A stretch of 64,000 nt of DNA from Octopus vulgaris (taxonomy: Eukaryota), in assembly GCA_951406725.2 (NCBI GenBank), contig OX597815.1:157108001-157172000 (forward strand), given 5' to 3'. The stretch's first letter is position 1. Each line of letters begins with the position of its first letter. Positions 52,196 to 64,000 of the stretch are shown here, piece by piece. The notes beneath the pieces were generated by a model that had not been told where the DNA came from, did no database searches, and was given only the letters and a program-made list of their open reading frames with translations. Both the position numbers and the translations under genes were made by a program.

Positions 52196-52200
<5 letters not shown>
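51590..52200 (+). mobile_element. Fold-back element (~240-bp arms, 2-nt loop) with hammerheads plus tail
   Basis: Arms 51590-51831/51834-52074; tail CGCTAACTACC...ATCCTTAATT then (TA)n. Confidence 0.85.
51882..51943 (+). ncRNA. Type I hammerhead ribozyme (mirror copy at 51722-51783 minus)
   Basis: TTTCA-CTGATGA-ACAA...TTGC-GAAATCAC-AA-GTGATC-TGGAA; AUC triplet. Confidence 0.8.
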
Positions 52201-52231
<31 letters not shown>

Positions 52232-52236
<5 letters not shown>

Positions 52237-52449
52237 GTTGAAATATTCCTGTCACAACCCGGGACCTTGAACTGCTTAAATGCAAGAAAGTATATTAGCC
52301 CTTTAATATTTGATATTCAATATTACATATATTCAGTAAGACAATCAGTACTTCATTTCATTTTACTATATATACTATATATTCTGCATCCTACATTAAT
52401 ATTATAAGAATATAAGTAAAACATAAAAGACAGACTTGGAATTCCTTTG

Positions 52450-52455
<6 letters not shown>
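52232..52455 (+). mobile_element. (TA)n-flanked relative of the 13467-13740 element
   Basis: Shared end AGAC..TTGGAATTCCTTT..ATAAT and TGC..AATGCA.GAAAGTA remnant with a mutated core. Confidence 0.55.
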
Positions 52456-52497
<42 letters not shown>

Positions 52498-52503
<6 letters not shown>

Positions 52504-52746
52504 GATGAAAGTTATGAGGCTCCCTTGCTACACATATATACTGGTCCGAGTAAGGTATAGCAACGATCCATGTGAGTACAAAGTTCAGAATTCGTAGTCG
52601 ATTCAAGTTCGTATTCGTTCGCAGTGAAGTCGGAAGGTGTCGGTTGGGTAGTTCACAAGGAATATCGAGTGATAAATTTGTTAGTTCATTACATTGTTTT
52701 TACTGTTGTCTGGTTATCTTATTTACTATACGTAACAAATTACGTT

Positions 52747-52749
<3 letters not shown>
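52498..52749. mobile_element. Candidate solo LTR in (TA)n
   Basis: TGT...ACA termini, 252 bp, ATAT on both sides. Confidence 0.45.
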
Positions 52750-52780
<31 letters not shown>

Positions 52781-52783
<3 letters not shown>

Positions 52784-52947
52784 GAGCGGCTGTGTGGTAA
52801 GAAGCTTGCTTGCCAACCACATGGTTCCGGGTTCAGTCCCACTGCGTGGCACCTTGGGCAAATGTCTTCTGCTATAGCCTCGGGCCGACCAAAGCCTTGT
52901 GAGTGGATTTGGTAGACGGAAACTGAAAGAAGCCCGTCGTATATATG

Positions 52948-52992
<45 letters not shown>

Positions 52993-53220
52993 CTGTGTCT
53001 GTGTGTCTGTGTGTGTGTCTGTATTTGTCCCCCCAACATCGCTTGACAACCGACGCTGGTGTGTTTACGTTCCCGTAACTTAGCAGTTCGGCAAAAGAGA
53101 CCGATAGAATAAGTACTAGCTTACAAAGAATAAGCCCTGGAGTCGATTTGCTCGAGTAAAGGCGGTGCTCCAGCATGGCAACAGTCAAATAACTGAAACA
53201 AGTAAAAGAGTAAAAGAGTA
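52781..53220 (+). mobile_element. Full-length SINE family A
   Basis: Matches 10868-11316. Confidence 0.9.
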
Positions 53221-53225
53221 TATAT

Positions 53226-55628
53226 ACAAATAATATGGATCTCATCCATAATGTGAAAGTGACACCGACACTACTCTCGGATCACAACATGGTAGAGCTG
53301 ACCATGTACGGACCAAAGGAAAGCATGGACATGCAGCCTACAAGAAACTATCAGAATCTTTCCAGCTTGAACTTCCATAAGGCAAACTGGAAACAAATTG
53401 AGAAAGAGATCCTCAAACAAAACTGGCCTGAATGTCTCTCTTCGCTAGACATCGACATGAAACTTCAACAATTCATGTCTGTAATGCAAGCCATATGCTA
53501 CAAATGTGTCCCAGAGAGAAAGGCCACTGTACACAAGAACAAAATCCCCAGAGAGAGGAAAATTCTAATGAGACGGCGTACAAAAATTTCAAATCGCCTA
53601 AATAAACAAATTGAAAGCAGTGAAAAGTCCCGCCTGAAAATAAAACTGTTGGAAATTGAAAAATGTTTGCAACTCTCCCATGAAAAGGAAAGAGCAGACA
53701 AAGAAGCCTGGGCTATAGACAACATAAAATCTAACCCCAGAGCTTTCTACAGGTATGCCAAAGAAACAGCTACGGTGCACTGTAGGATAGGGCCACTCCT
53801 TGAAAAGGATGGCACACTCACAGGTAATGCAATGAGGGTAGGTGAAATACTAAATGAACAATTCAAGAGTGTTTTCACTCCACCCCTTGGGCATTTCCAA
53901 ATCAGCAATCCAACTGACTTCTTTACCACTGCAGATACAAAATCAGAGGCAGCGATGATTGATTACATCAATATAAAGGAAGACGATGTAATAAAGGCTA
54001 TAGATGAAATGAAAACAAACTCAGCTACTGGCCCCGATGGATTCCCGGCAATCCTTCTAAAAGTATGTAAGAGAGTCCTAGCAAGACCACTGCAGTTCCT
54101 CTTTCAGAGCTTCCTTGCAACTGGCAAACTTCCAAGAAAACTGAAGGAAGGTAAGATATGTCCTATTCATAAAGGAAGTAGCAGAGCGGAGGCCAAGAAC
54201 TACAGACCTATCTCTCTGACCTCACACATCAGCAAGGTCATGGAACGAATAGTCAGAAGGAAACTAATCACCTTCCTTGAAGAAAATGACTTGCTGCCTG
54301 ACACCCAACATGGTTTCCGAACAGGAAGAAGCTGCCTAACTCAGCTCCTACAACACTATGACTGGGTGCTGAAACGACTGCTCAACCACTCAAATGTGGA
54401 AGTCATATATCTCGACTTTGCAAAGGCCTTTGATAAAGTCGATCATGGAATGATATGTCACAAACTACGTGATCTTGGCATAGTTGGAAAATTGGGAGAA
54501 TGGCTTCATGACTTTCTGAAGGATAGAAGTCAGGTGGTAGTAGCCAATAGTGAGCACTACTGTTCATAATGGTCCTCTCAGACATGCCCTCAGCCACGCA
54601 GAGAGCCATGATCACAAGTTATGCAGATGATACAAAAGTTTCACAGGCAATACAGAAGCCTGAAGACACTAAGCACCTGCAATGTGAGCTGGACAAAATA
54701 TACAAGTGGGCTGAAAAGAATAGCATGCAGTTCAATGCTGAAAAGTTTCAAGCTTTATGCTATCAGCATGCAAAACTAAATGCAATACCCAATGAATACA
54801 TTGGACCCGGAGGGATTGCAATCCCAGAGGCACAATCAGTGCGTGACCTGGGTATTTACATGAGTGATGACGCAATCTTTCATGTACATGTTGCTAAATT
54901 GGCAATGACATGTAGACGGCTGGCCGGATGGATTCTTAGAACCTTTAGAACAAGAGAACAAGAAACCATGATGGTCCTCTGGAGGACACTTGTCCTAAGC
55001 CACTTTGACTATTGCTCTCAGCTATGGTCACCATCCAGTGTCAAGTTGATCACAGAACTTGAGGCGATCCAACGAAGCTACACGAAGAAGATAGCCTCTG
55101 TGCAGCATATAAGCTACTGGGAAAGACTCAAGAGATTAAAACTCTAATCCTTGGAGCGTAGGCGAGAAAGATATGCCATAATATACATCTGGAAGATCCT
55201 GGAAGGACTTGTCCCAAACTTTGGCATCGAGAGTTACACAAATGCCAGAACTGGGCGCCACTGCGTGGTGCCAAGGACTCCAAATTTGCCATCAAGATGT
55301 AGGACAAGATACTGTGATAGCCTGGTTTTCAGAGGCCCACAGCTCTTCAATGTCCTCCCGAAGAACCTGAGGGACCTGCATGGGGTGGATGCGGATGTTT
55401 TTAAAGTAGGACTGGATCTCTTCCTGTCGGGTGTCCCGGATGAACCAACTTCACGGCAGGAGGTGCAGATGAGGGCAGCTGCATCGAACTCTCTCATGCA
55501 CCAAATGGCAGTTGCTAAAAAGCATTCGTGAAGTAAAATCATGTAGCAACACCAAATGGCGGTGCCCCAGCATGGCCACAGCTCGTGAGCTGAAACTAGA
55601 TAAAATAAAATAAATAAATAAAATAAAT
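53226..55628 (+). pseudogene. 5'-truncated CR1-type LINE (second family), RT disabled
   Basis: SDH, YRPISLTS, QHGFR, LDFAKAFD, YADD, RDLG; deletion at ~54551 removes SGVPQGTVLG; premature TAA at 55145; tail GGCGGTGCCCCAGCATGGCC...(TAAAA)n. Confidence 0.92.
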
Positions 55629-55640
55629 ATATATGAATGT

Positions 55641-56515
55641 ATACAAGTATTAAGAGAGTGACCACATGTGGTCACTCTAACGGTAGAAATAGATCCGCAA
55701 AGGGAATCCCCCACTAAAGAATTGTTCTCAAGCATTAATTCAACACGCCATGAATATAAGCGGGCAGGACAAATGAAAAATAACGAAAAAATAGATTAAC
55801 TCTATACACTTGTTTCATCGTTAATAGATTGTGTAATTTTACTTACGCAATCATTTTCGAATCCTCAGTACAGTATATCAAAAATATAATTTGCTGAACC
55901 GAACGCCAAAATCCATACGAAGCCGAGCAAAGGCGAACGACACAGCCGATTATATTCGCAGTTACGTTCAAATATCCTCATTCCTGGCGCGTTGAAAATA
56001 TGTTCTCAAACCGGCAGTGAATTACAGGGGTAGTATTTACATCCGGTATTTTCAACGCGCCAGGAATGAGGATATTTGAACGTAACTGCAAATATAATTG
56101 GCTGTGCCGTTCGCCTTTGCTCGGCTTCGTATGGATTTTGGCGTTCGTTTCAGCAAATTATATTTTTGATATACTCTACTGAGGATTCGAAAATGATTGC
56201 GTAAGTAAAATTACACAATCTGTTAACGATAAAACACTTGTATAGAGTTAATCTATTTTTTCGTTATTTTTCATTTGTCCTGACCGCTTACATTCTTGGC
56301 GTGTTGAATTAATGCTTGATAACAATTCTTTAATGGTGGATTCCCTTTGCGGATCTATTTCTACCGTTAGAGTGACCACATGTGGTCTCTCTCTTATTAC
56401 TTGTATTAATAATTTTTACTGTATCACAGCTTTTTTACGCTAGGCCACTTGGTGTTCTAAATTGATATTATTAATTAATATTCAATTTTTTTTCACCCTT
56501 ATTGTGATTTATATA
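55641..56515 (+). mobile_element. Fold-back element (360-bp arms) with hammerheads plus tail
   Basis: Arms 55641-56000/56047-56406; tail GCTAGGCCACTTGG...ACCCTT. Confidence 0.85.
55799..55874 (-). ncRNA. Type I hammerhead ribozyme, slightly degenerate (mirror copy at 56173-56248 plus)
   Basis: ACTGTA-CTGAGGA-TTCG...CGAT-GAAAC-AAGT-GTA-TAGAGT; mirror copy has a perfect ACTCTA/TAGAGT stem I but AAAAC. Confidence 0.65.
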
Positions 56516-56654
56516 TGAATGTATATATATATGCATGTATATATGTGTATGTATGTATGTATATATATGTATATATGTTTGTATATATATATTATATATA
56601 ATATATTATATATTATATATATATGTGTGTGTGTATGTATATACTTACATATAC

Positions 56655-56689
<35 letters not shown>

Positions 56690-56989
56690 TGTATGTATGT
56701 ATGTATGTATGTATGTATGTATTATTGGCAGATCGCTCTTGAGCGCTACTGGTAACATGTAACCCAGTACAACTTGTTGCATGCTCGGGTCGTCGGCGAC
56801 TAAACTGGCAACCCCACCAAGATTACTTGGTGAGGAGGGTAATTGTTAGACACCCTGCAGGTCGAAAATTGAGACCTGTAAAGCGGAAGAATTTATGTGT
56901 AGTCAACAGCCATCCACCATTATGTGCACATAGGTGTATATGTATGTGTACATATGTGTATATATATTTATATATTTTTTTTATATTTT

Positions 56990-57520
56990 TGTATATCTTT
57001 TTTGTGAATGGAACAATGTTAGAAGTTGACACCTTTGTTTACTTTGGAAGCACATTGTCAAGAGATGGTGGTCTTGATGCAGAGATAGTCTATTGAATAG
57101 GGAAGGGAAGTGTTGCATTTGGAAAGCTCGAAAAGTGAGTATGGGCAGACAAAAATCAGTGTCTATAAAGCGTGTATATTGACTGCATTTCTTTATTCAA
57201 GTGAGACGTGGATCACTTGCAAACATCATGTAAACATGCTGGCGACCTCATCAAAAGTGTATCAGACGTATCTTAGGAGCCAAGTGGGAATGTTTTATAC
57301 ATGTTTTGTGCATGGCACGTTGTAGCTCAATTGAACAACATGATGTCTTGGCTCAAATCAGATGGGATGGACATGTTATTTGAATGAAAGACGAGCGATT
57401 GCCAAAGCATCGTTTTATGGTGAGCTCAACTCTAGCAAGCGACCATAACATAAGCCGAGGAAAAGTTATAAAGATTGTGTGAAGGAAAACCTGAAGAAAC
57501 GAGATGTGAACAAAAAATGA
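56990..57520 (+). pseudogene. Decayed RTE-clade LINE RT/C-terminal fragment
   Basis: LEVDTFVYFGSTLSRDGGLDAEI..IGKGSVAFGKL, KISVYKACILTAFLYSSETW, QIRWDGHV, DERLPK. Confidence 0.8.
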
Positions 57521-57599
57521 TAGCATATACCACACCCGTAACCCTAGCGTTACAACCAGTATAAACCAGGATACGAATATCCCCGCTTCCGAGGAAGGT

Positions 57600-57724
57600 C
57601 GGAGTACGGCTAAAATGAACGTTAATACTAATAGCACTACTACTGCTAATGCTAATAACATTAATACGACCACTACTACTAATACAACTATTACAACTAT
57701 TACTACTACTACTACTACTACTAC

Positions 57725-57775
<51 letters not shown>

Positions 57776-58900
57776 CAATAATAATACAAGCCAATCCCCT
57801 AATACCACCCTAAATTTTAACTTGTCAATGAATAGTACTGCATCACCCCTTTCCACAACTAACCCACGTAAGACAGATAGCTGCCACTGCCGGTTGAGAC
57901 CGAATGCCCGCTGCAAGCCCATTGCAGAAGGTTTAATGTGGTATGTAAATGCGTTGCACGCAACATATTACTCAATATTAATCAACCACATACACCATGT
58001 GATAAATAAGAAAATGCCAAATAGGATATCCTAGGCCATAATAGATTCTGGTGTCCTATACCAAGACCAGCGCTTCACGTGTGGACTCTGTCTGAAAGAA
58101 GCCCTCCAAATATTAATTCATAATTCACCACAACTTATTAAACAACAAGAAGTATTCTAAACATAAATATTCTATCTCACCTTTAGATTCTTCCATAGGT
58201 CCAAATGCAAGCAAAATCAACACACATAACACTTGTCTATATGCATCCACGATCGTTACAATATACGTACGATTTTCTTTTTAATTTCTCTATAAACATA
58301 AGTATCTCAGAAGCTAGCTAGCTGCAATAATCTTTTTTAAATTAAAATTTTTATTTTTAATCAAGAACCTTTTTAATTCTGTTAATTCTGATTTTTTTTT
58401 TTTTTTTTTACTTTTTAATTCTTTTAATTCTTTAATTTTTAATCCTATATATACTCCCTTAAGCTAGGCATCTATATTTAGCTAACCCTACTGAGAACTG
58501 AGCTAAATATTCTTTCTAACCACACCAAACCTAGAATTCATCTATTTAATTTAATAAATATAAATGCCATCCTCCTCCACTTTACCAAAACCTTAACGCC
58601 TCACTTCTCACCCCGAACCGACCCTTACGAAGATTAATACTGGCATCTTATCTTTATCTTTATTTCTTATTTTTAATTTTAATTCTTTTTATTTTATTTT
58701 ACTTTCGCTCTCATTCATTCTTTCCCACACCTACCCCATTCCTCTCTCTTTTCTCTCTTTGGACGAAGGTTAGAGTTATTTAGCCCAGGAAACATCGTAT
58801 CCAGCTGTCTATACGGCACGTTATCTGTGTCCTTAGATTTTCGAACAGTTCCAACTAGGACTGCCACAATATGTTGGCAAATAATCTTTACTTTAGGGTA
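57600..58900 (+). pseudogene. Decayed Penelope-like 3' fragment
   Basis: T/N-rich tract then SCHCR...C, later FTCGLCLKEALQIL..LI, the same CxxCxxE motif as the 43721-44107 endonuclease; boundaries approximate. Confidence 0.5.
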
Positions 58901-58980
58901 CTGTTACTGAATGTCTCTCGTTGAGAGATTTAGCAATAATGTTTCTCTTTATATGTATGTGTATTTTTATATGTATATGT

Positions 58981-59452
<472 letters not shown>

Positions 59453-59458
59453 ATGTAT

Positions 59459-59599
<141 letters not shown>

Positions 59600-60230
59600 T
59601 GTGTGTGCGTGTATTCCTTTTGAAAATTTTAATATATAGAACTTGGCATTTTGGCGAAACTTATAATTACAAATCTAGTTCTTTTTATTGTTTACTGGTC
59701 TGCTCTTATCTGACAGGTGTTCTTACCAGCAATGTAGTAGCAGCACCACCAGTGATAAAACTAGCAGTTGTTGTAGTTGCTGTTGTTTCTGATGTTTTTT
59801 TTTATTACTAGTTGTTTTTGTTACTGTCGTTGATTGGTAAACTTAATTCGTTGATTCCGGTTTAGCAGCATCACCGATGATGCCTTTAGTTAAGTTCATT
59901 TTGTTACAAGCATTTAGACCAAGTCTCTAGCTTTGGAATACCCTCCTCCCTCTTCTCAGTCTAGTGGGGGCCACGTAATGGGTGACGAATACTGCATTCC
60001 ACCTGAGTAAAGGATTTTGTAAAAAAATGATGTTATTGCTGACCCTGTGGCCCGATAACCAAAGGGACATTCCAGGCGTAACCAATCCGTCTTTTATTCA
60101 AGTATGGTGGACAGTGTATGTAGGACCATATTGTCCAATACATTCATCCGTTTTATTAAGACTTTTATGCATATGTGTATGTGTACAACAGGAGAAAATA
60201 AGAAAATAGAGTTGTTGATATTAAATGTAG

Positions 60231-60399
60231 TACCAACATCATTCTTTGCTTCTTATTTGATACGCCGCGATCAAACGTAAGTTGGGTTTTCAGTTTTGCG
60301 TGAAATTAATGTTTCTACTGGAGAGATTTTCCTTCATATACTTTCGAATAGTTGATATTTGCAGGAGTGCTGCATTCCAGATCCCTTTTCACTTACTCT
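60231..60399. repeat. Dispersed inverted repeat, partner at 63831-63999
   Basis: GATCAAACGTAAGTTGGGTTTTCAGTTTTGCGTGAAATTAATGTTTCTACTGGAGAGATTTTC vs its reverse complement at ~63898-63961. Confidence 0.85.
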
Positions 60400-61601
60400 A
60401 TGTGTGTGTTTGTGTACACATATAAATACACACACATATTATACATGCACACACACACACACTTGCTTACCCATGCATACATACATACATATGTATTTTA
60501 TTAAGACTTTTATTTTAATTGAGAGCTATTTGACTACTAATTCTAGCATGTCCACAGATTATCTGCTAGTTCCCTTGTTAACATGTCACATATCTAGTAT
60601 TGGTAGGTGGGGTGTCTTTCAATCAGTAGGGTGAGGCTGTGTCTATGACCCTTTAGAAGGCTTACAACACCTAGGGGAATACTCACACAGGAAGCCTAAC
60701 CCCAATGCTTACAATATAATGGACTCAGCTAAAAGTACCTAAGGATTAAGTCTATCGCCCTATTAAACTATGCCAGGATTGAAACCTAGAATGCAAAGCG
60801 GGAATAAATACCACAAGGCACGAGATCGTCGTCCTTACTGTTTTATCAACTTCGAAGCTATGAAAGGCAAAGTCGACCTCGGCGGAATTTGAACTCAGAG
60901 CGTGAAGACGGACGAAATACTGCTAAGCATTTTGCCTGACGCGCTTAACGATTGTGTCAGCTCACTGCCTTCCTATCAGCATTAATATTGGTTTTTACAT
61001 TTTTTTTACACAAGGCCAGCAATTTCGGGATAGAGGGTAAGATAACCTCTACCCCCAGAACTCAGCTGATACGTATTTTATCGACCCCGAAATGATGAGA
61101 AGCAAAGTCGACCCCGACGGAATCTGAATTCAGAACATAAAGATAGTCGAAATGCCGCCAAGCATTTTGCCCGGCGCAGTAACGATTCTGCCAGCTCGCT
61201 GCCTTTCTAACAGCATTAATATTAAATGTTAATATAGCTAATGAATTTTTATAGACATTTCATAAATATCAGTTTTACTTAATGTCCGTAAAAGAACTTA
61301 AAGAATGTTCACTTAAAATGTTCCAATTGATATCAGATATGCTTACTACTGGCGTTGGTCTGAATATATCTACAGTACTATATGTGTTTTGATATTTCAC
61401 ATAGACACCAAATATAATACCCTCAACTTCATATATAGACTTAAATATTCATCTGCCTACATATATCAGCCAATGTTAGTTACTAAGAGCAGACAACTTC
61501 AAAGGAAAGGTCTCCACAATTATTTTTAATATATTCAATAATTCAACCGAACATTAGATTTATTTCCACTATAGCAGCAGCAGTGGTAGTAGTAGTAGTA
61601 T

Positions 61602-61642
<41 letters not shown>

Positions 61643-62319
61643 TTTAAATTATCAAACCTATTCTTATCATAACCATCCCAATTTTTTTTTTCGGGCATAA
61701 TGTATGTAGTACTAGCCAGTATATTTTCTTGAATAAGATTTTTGGGTGTGATTTGAAGGAGATTTGACTGCTACTTCTAGCAGGCAGGGTGGCTAATAAG
61801 AGGCTCTGTTATTGGTTAACTACAATCTTACCTTTATTACGAAATGAAATATCACCATTTAGATGTAGGTCAAATTATGTAAAATACATATCAACATAGG
61901 TAGTGGGTAGCGATTTTCTTCACTACTTCAAGGAGTGAAGACCCTGCCTGACACGAGTCCCGGGCTCAGCTGGCTCCGACTGACAGTATCCGGTATGGGC
62001 CCCTATCCAGGGTTACGGAAAGGAGACAACCTTAAAAAAAAATTCGGAGTGGAACCTCATAGGCGGTTTAGTGTTCGACTCGACACTCTTCCGGCAACTC
62101 CTGCAACCAAGCTGGTGCCAAACGTAATGCTCTGCACTCTTTTGGACTACTGCGGTCACTGGTACTCATTTTCAGCTGGTATTCATTTAAACTGGAGCAA
62201 TGGGAAATATCACGCCTTGCTCAAGAGTACAATGTTCCAGAAATCGAACATACGATCTTATGACAGTAAGTCCATCGCCCTAAATATTAGGACGCGCTGT
62301 TTCATTTAAGTGATACATA

Positions 62320-62702
62320 TCTCTCTCTATATAAACGGCAGTTTGTCTGTGTGCGTGTCTGTGTGTCTGTTAGGTTGTACCCTCACCCTGACCACGGCTT
62401 TCAACTGATTCTGATGAAACTTGACACGCACATAGCCCAATGTCATAATTCAAAACTAACGCAGCGAAAATTTTTAAAAGTTGCCCCAGTTCTGAAAAAA
62501 ATCGATAAATTCGACATGGGGTCGAGAATGAGAAACACAAACCACAGACTGTCTAGGGGATGCAACTCGACCTTTTTAACTCTCAAAAAAAATTTACCAT
62601 CATTTTTTCCCATTTTTTTGCTATATTTTGGCTATAACTATCTAAAAATGCTTTATAGTTATTTCCCTTACAAACCCGAGCAACGCCGGGCGATACTGCT
62701 AG
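62320..62702 (+). mobile_element. Non-autonomous Helitron
   Basis: A|TC start, same CCCGAGCAACGCCGGG hairpin and CTAG|T end as 28985-29376. Confidence 0.85.
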
Positions 62703-62753
62703 TGTTAAGATAAATAATGTAAATAATGTAAACATATGTTAAGAGTTCCTTAA

Positions 62754-63066
62754 CCTCGTAACATATTATCCCGTATATTTTCGTTCAGAGATGTCTAGTA
62801 AATATATAGTTGAAGGAAAATATACGTTCACAGTACTCTGGGGCATCTGTCACTTATTTCTAACCCCAAATACTTCGTTCATGATGTTATTCCCGTTTTC
62901 TATCGTTAGCTATCAATAGCTATCGTTTTTCTCTGTAACTCCATAATAAATCATAACTGATCCAAAATAATTTGTGTACTTATTCTTCCTTATATACAGA
63001 TTCAAAATAACTAACAGAAAATATTTTTTGCATGGAAATTGAAAAATAAATGTGTACGTTAAGGGG
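62754..63066. mobile_element. piggyBac-like MITE
   Basis: TTAA on both sides; imperfect TIR CCTCGTAACATA / TACGTTAAGGGG. Confidence 0.5.
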
Positions 63067-64000
63067 TTAAGTCATTTAGGAGCGAGAATATCACTAAAGA
63101 TGTCTCCAGTTTTTTGAAGCTCGCATGACAGATTTGATTCAATTTAATGACAGAGTCAAGACTCGAGATAAATACTTCGTGTAGTTTCCTCAACAAATCC
63201 AGTAGAGAGATATAAACATAATCGCACTTAATATGCGGCTGAGTCGGGTGAAATTCTTGTCTTCAACATCGCCTGTAACAGGAGAATCAACAAAAGCACG
63301 CAACAATATGTATACGAGCTAATAACACGGTTTCTATGTAACCATGTAACCACTTGACTTGTAAAAAATAGTAACCAGAATCCCTCAGACAAAAGCCTAC
63401 TGTCCTACAAAGAGAGTTGATCATGATCGTAACCACTTTGATCATAGGGTTGAGCTGAGGTTAAACAACAACTGGCAATTATACACCTTAACTTCGACTA
63501 TTAGTGACGCTTGATTGCCGACCTTATTCTGTGGTTCATGGAGGTTTTTATGAAGCATTTTATTACGATGAGCTGTGCGTTTTAATAGACAGCGTTATCG
63601 CACTAATTTTCTTATGCTTCAATATGATGCGTCACTGCTCTCATTTTCTGCTCTACCGCCATTAATAACAACATCTGTGTTGTATGTATGTATGTGTCGT
63701 ATTATGTATGTATTTATGTATGTATGTATGTATGTATGTATGAATGTATGTATGTATGTATGTATGCATGCATGCATGTATGTATGTAATATATGTGTGT
63801 ATTTATATGTGTATATACACACACACACACAGAGTAAGTGAAAAGGGATCTGGAAGGCAACACTCCTGCAAATATCGACTATTCGAAGGTATATGAAAGA
63901 AAATCTCTCCAGTAGAAACATTAATTTCACGCAAAACTGAAAATCCAACTTACGTTTGATCGTGGTGTATAAAACAAAAAGCGAAGAATGATGTTGGTAT

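Noticed and set aside
58755-58810. GGTTAG/TTAGCC stem followed by GAAAC-ATC-GTA
   Set aside because: Core reads TGGACGA and stem I is absent; too degenerate to call
61930-62145. GC-rich block resembling an RTE 5' UTR with possible HDV-like ribozyme
   Set aside because: Could not establish the nested double pseudoknot by eye

Overview
AT-rich, microsatellite-dense animal DNA that is almost entirely repeats; no host gene can be supported. The SINE families and repeat landscape suggest an octopus/cephalopod genome (inference from recall, no search run). Main content: (1) a near-intact CR1-type LINE (ORF1 with two CCCH fingers; APE+RT ORF2 broken by one homopolymer frameshift) and a second, truncated CR1-type LINE; (2) fragments of R4/Dong-like (RLE), RTE and Penelope-like (GIY-YIG) retroelements; (3) several tRNA-derived SINE families, MITEs, two non-autonomous Helitrons and a candidate solo LTR. 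The most striking signal is a set of at least eight fold-back elements (about 0.25-4.7 kb including tail), most embedded in (TA)n. They share one layout: an inverted copy, a sense copy and a one-sided 3' tail. Five of them carry type I hammerhead ribozyme motifs in the arms, and two more hammerheads lie in neighbouring (TA)n-flanked elements. One member encodes a Penelope-type GIY-YIG endonuclease, tying the set to (TA)n-associated Penelope-like elements. One member joins a tRNA-like head to a hammerhead. Most listed ORFs are microsatellite translation artefacts.
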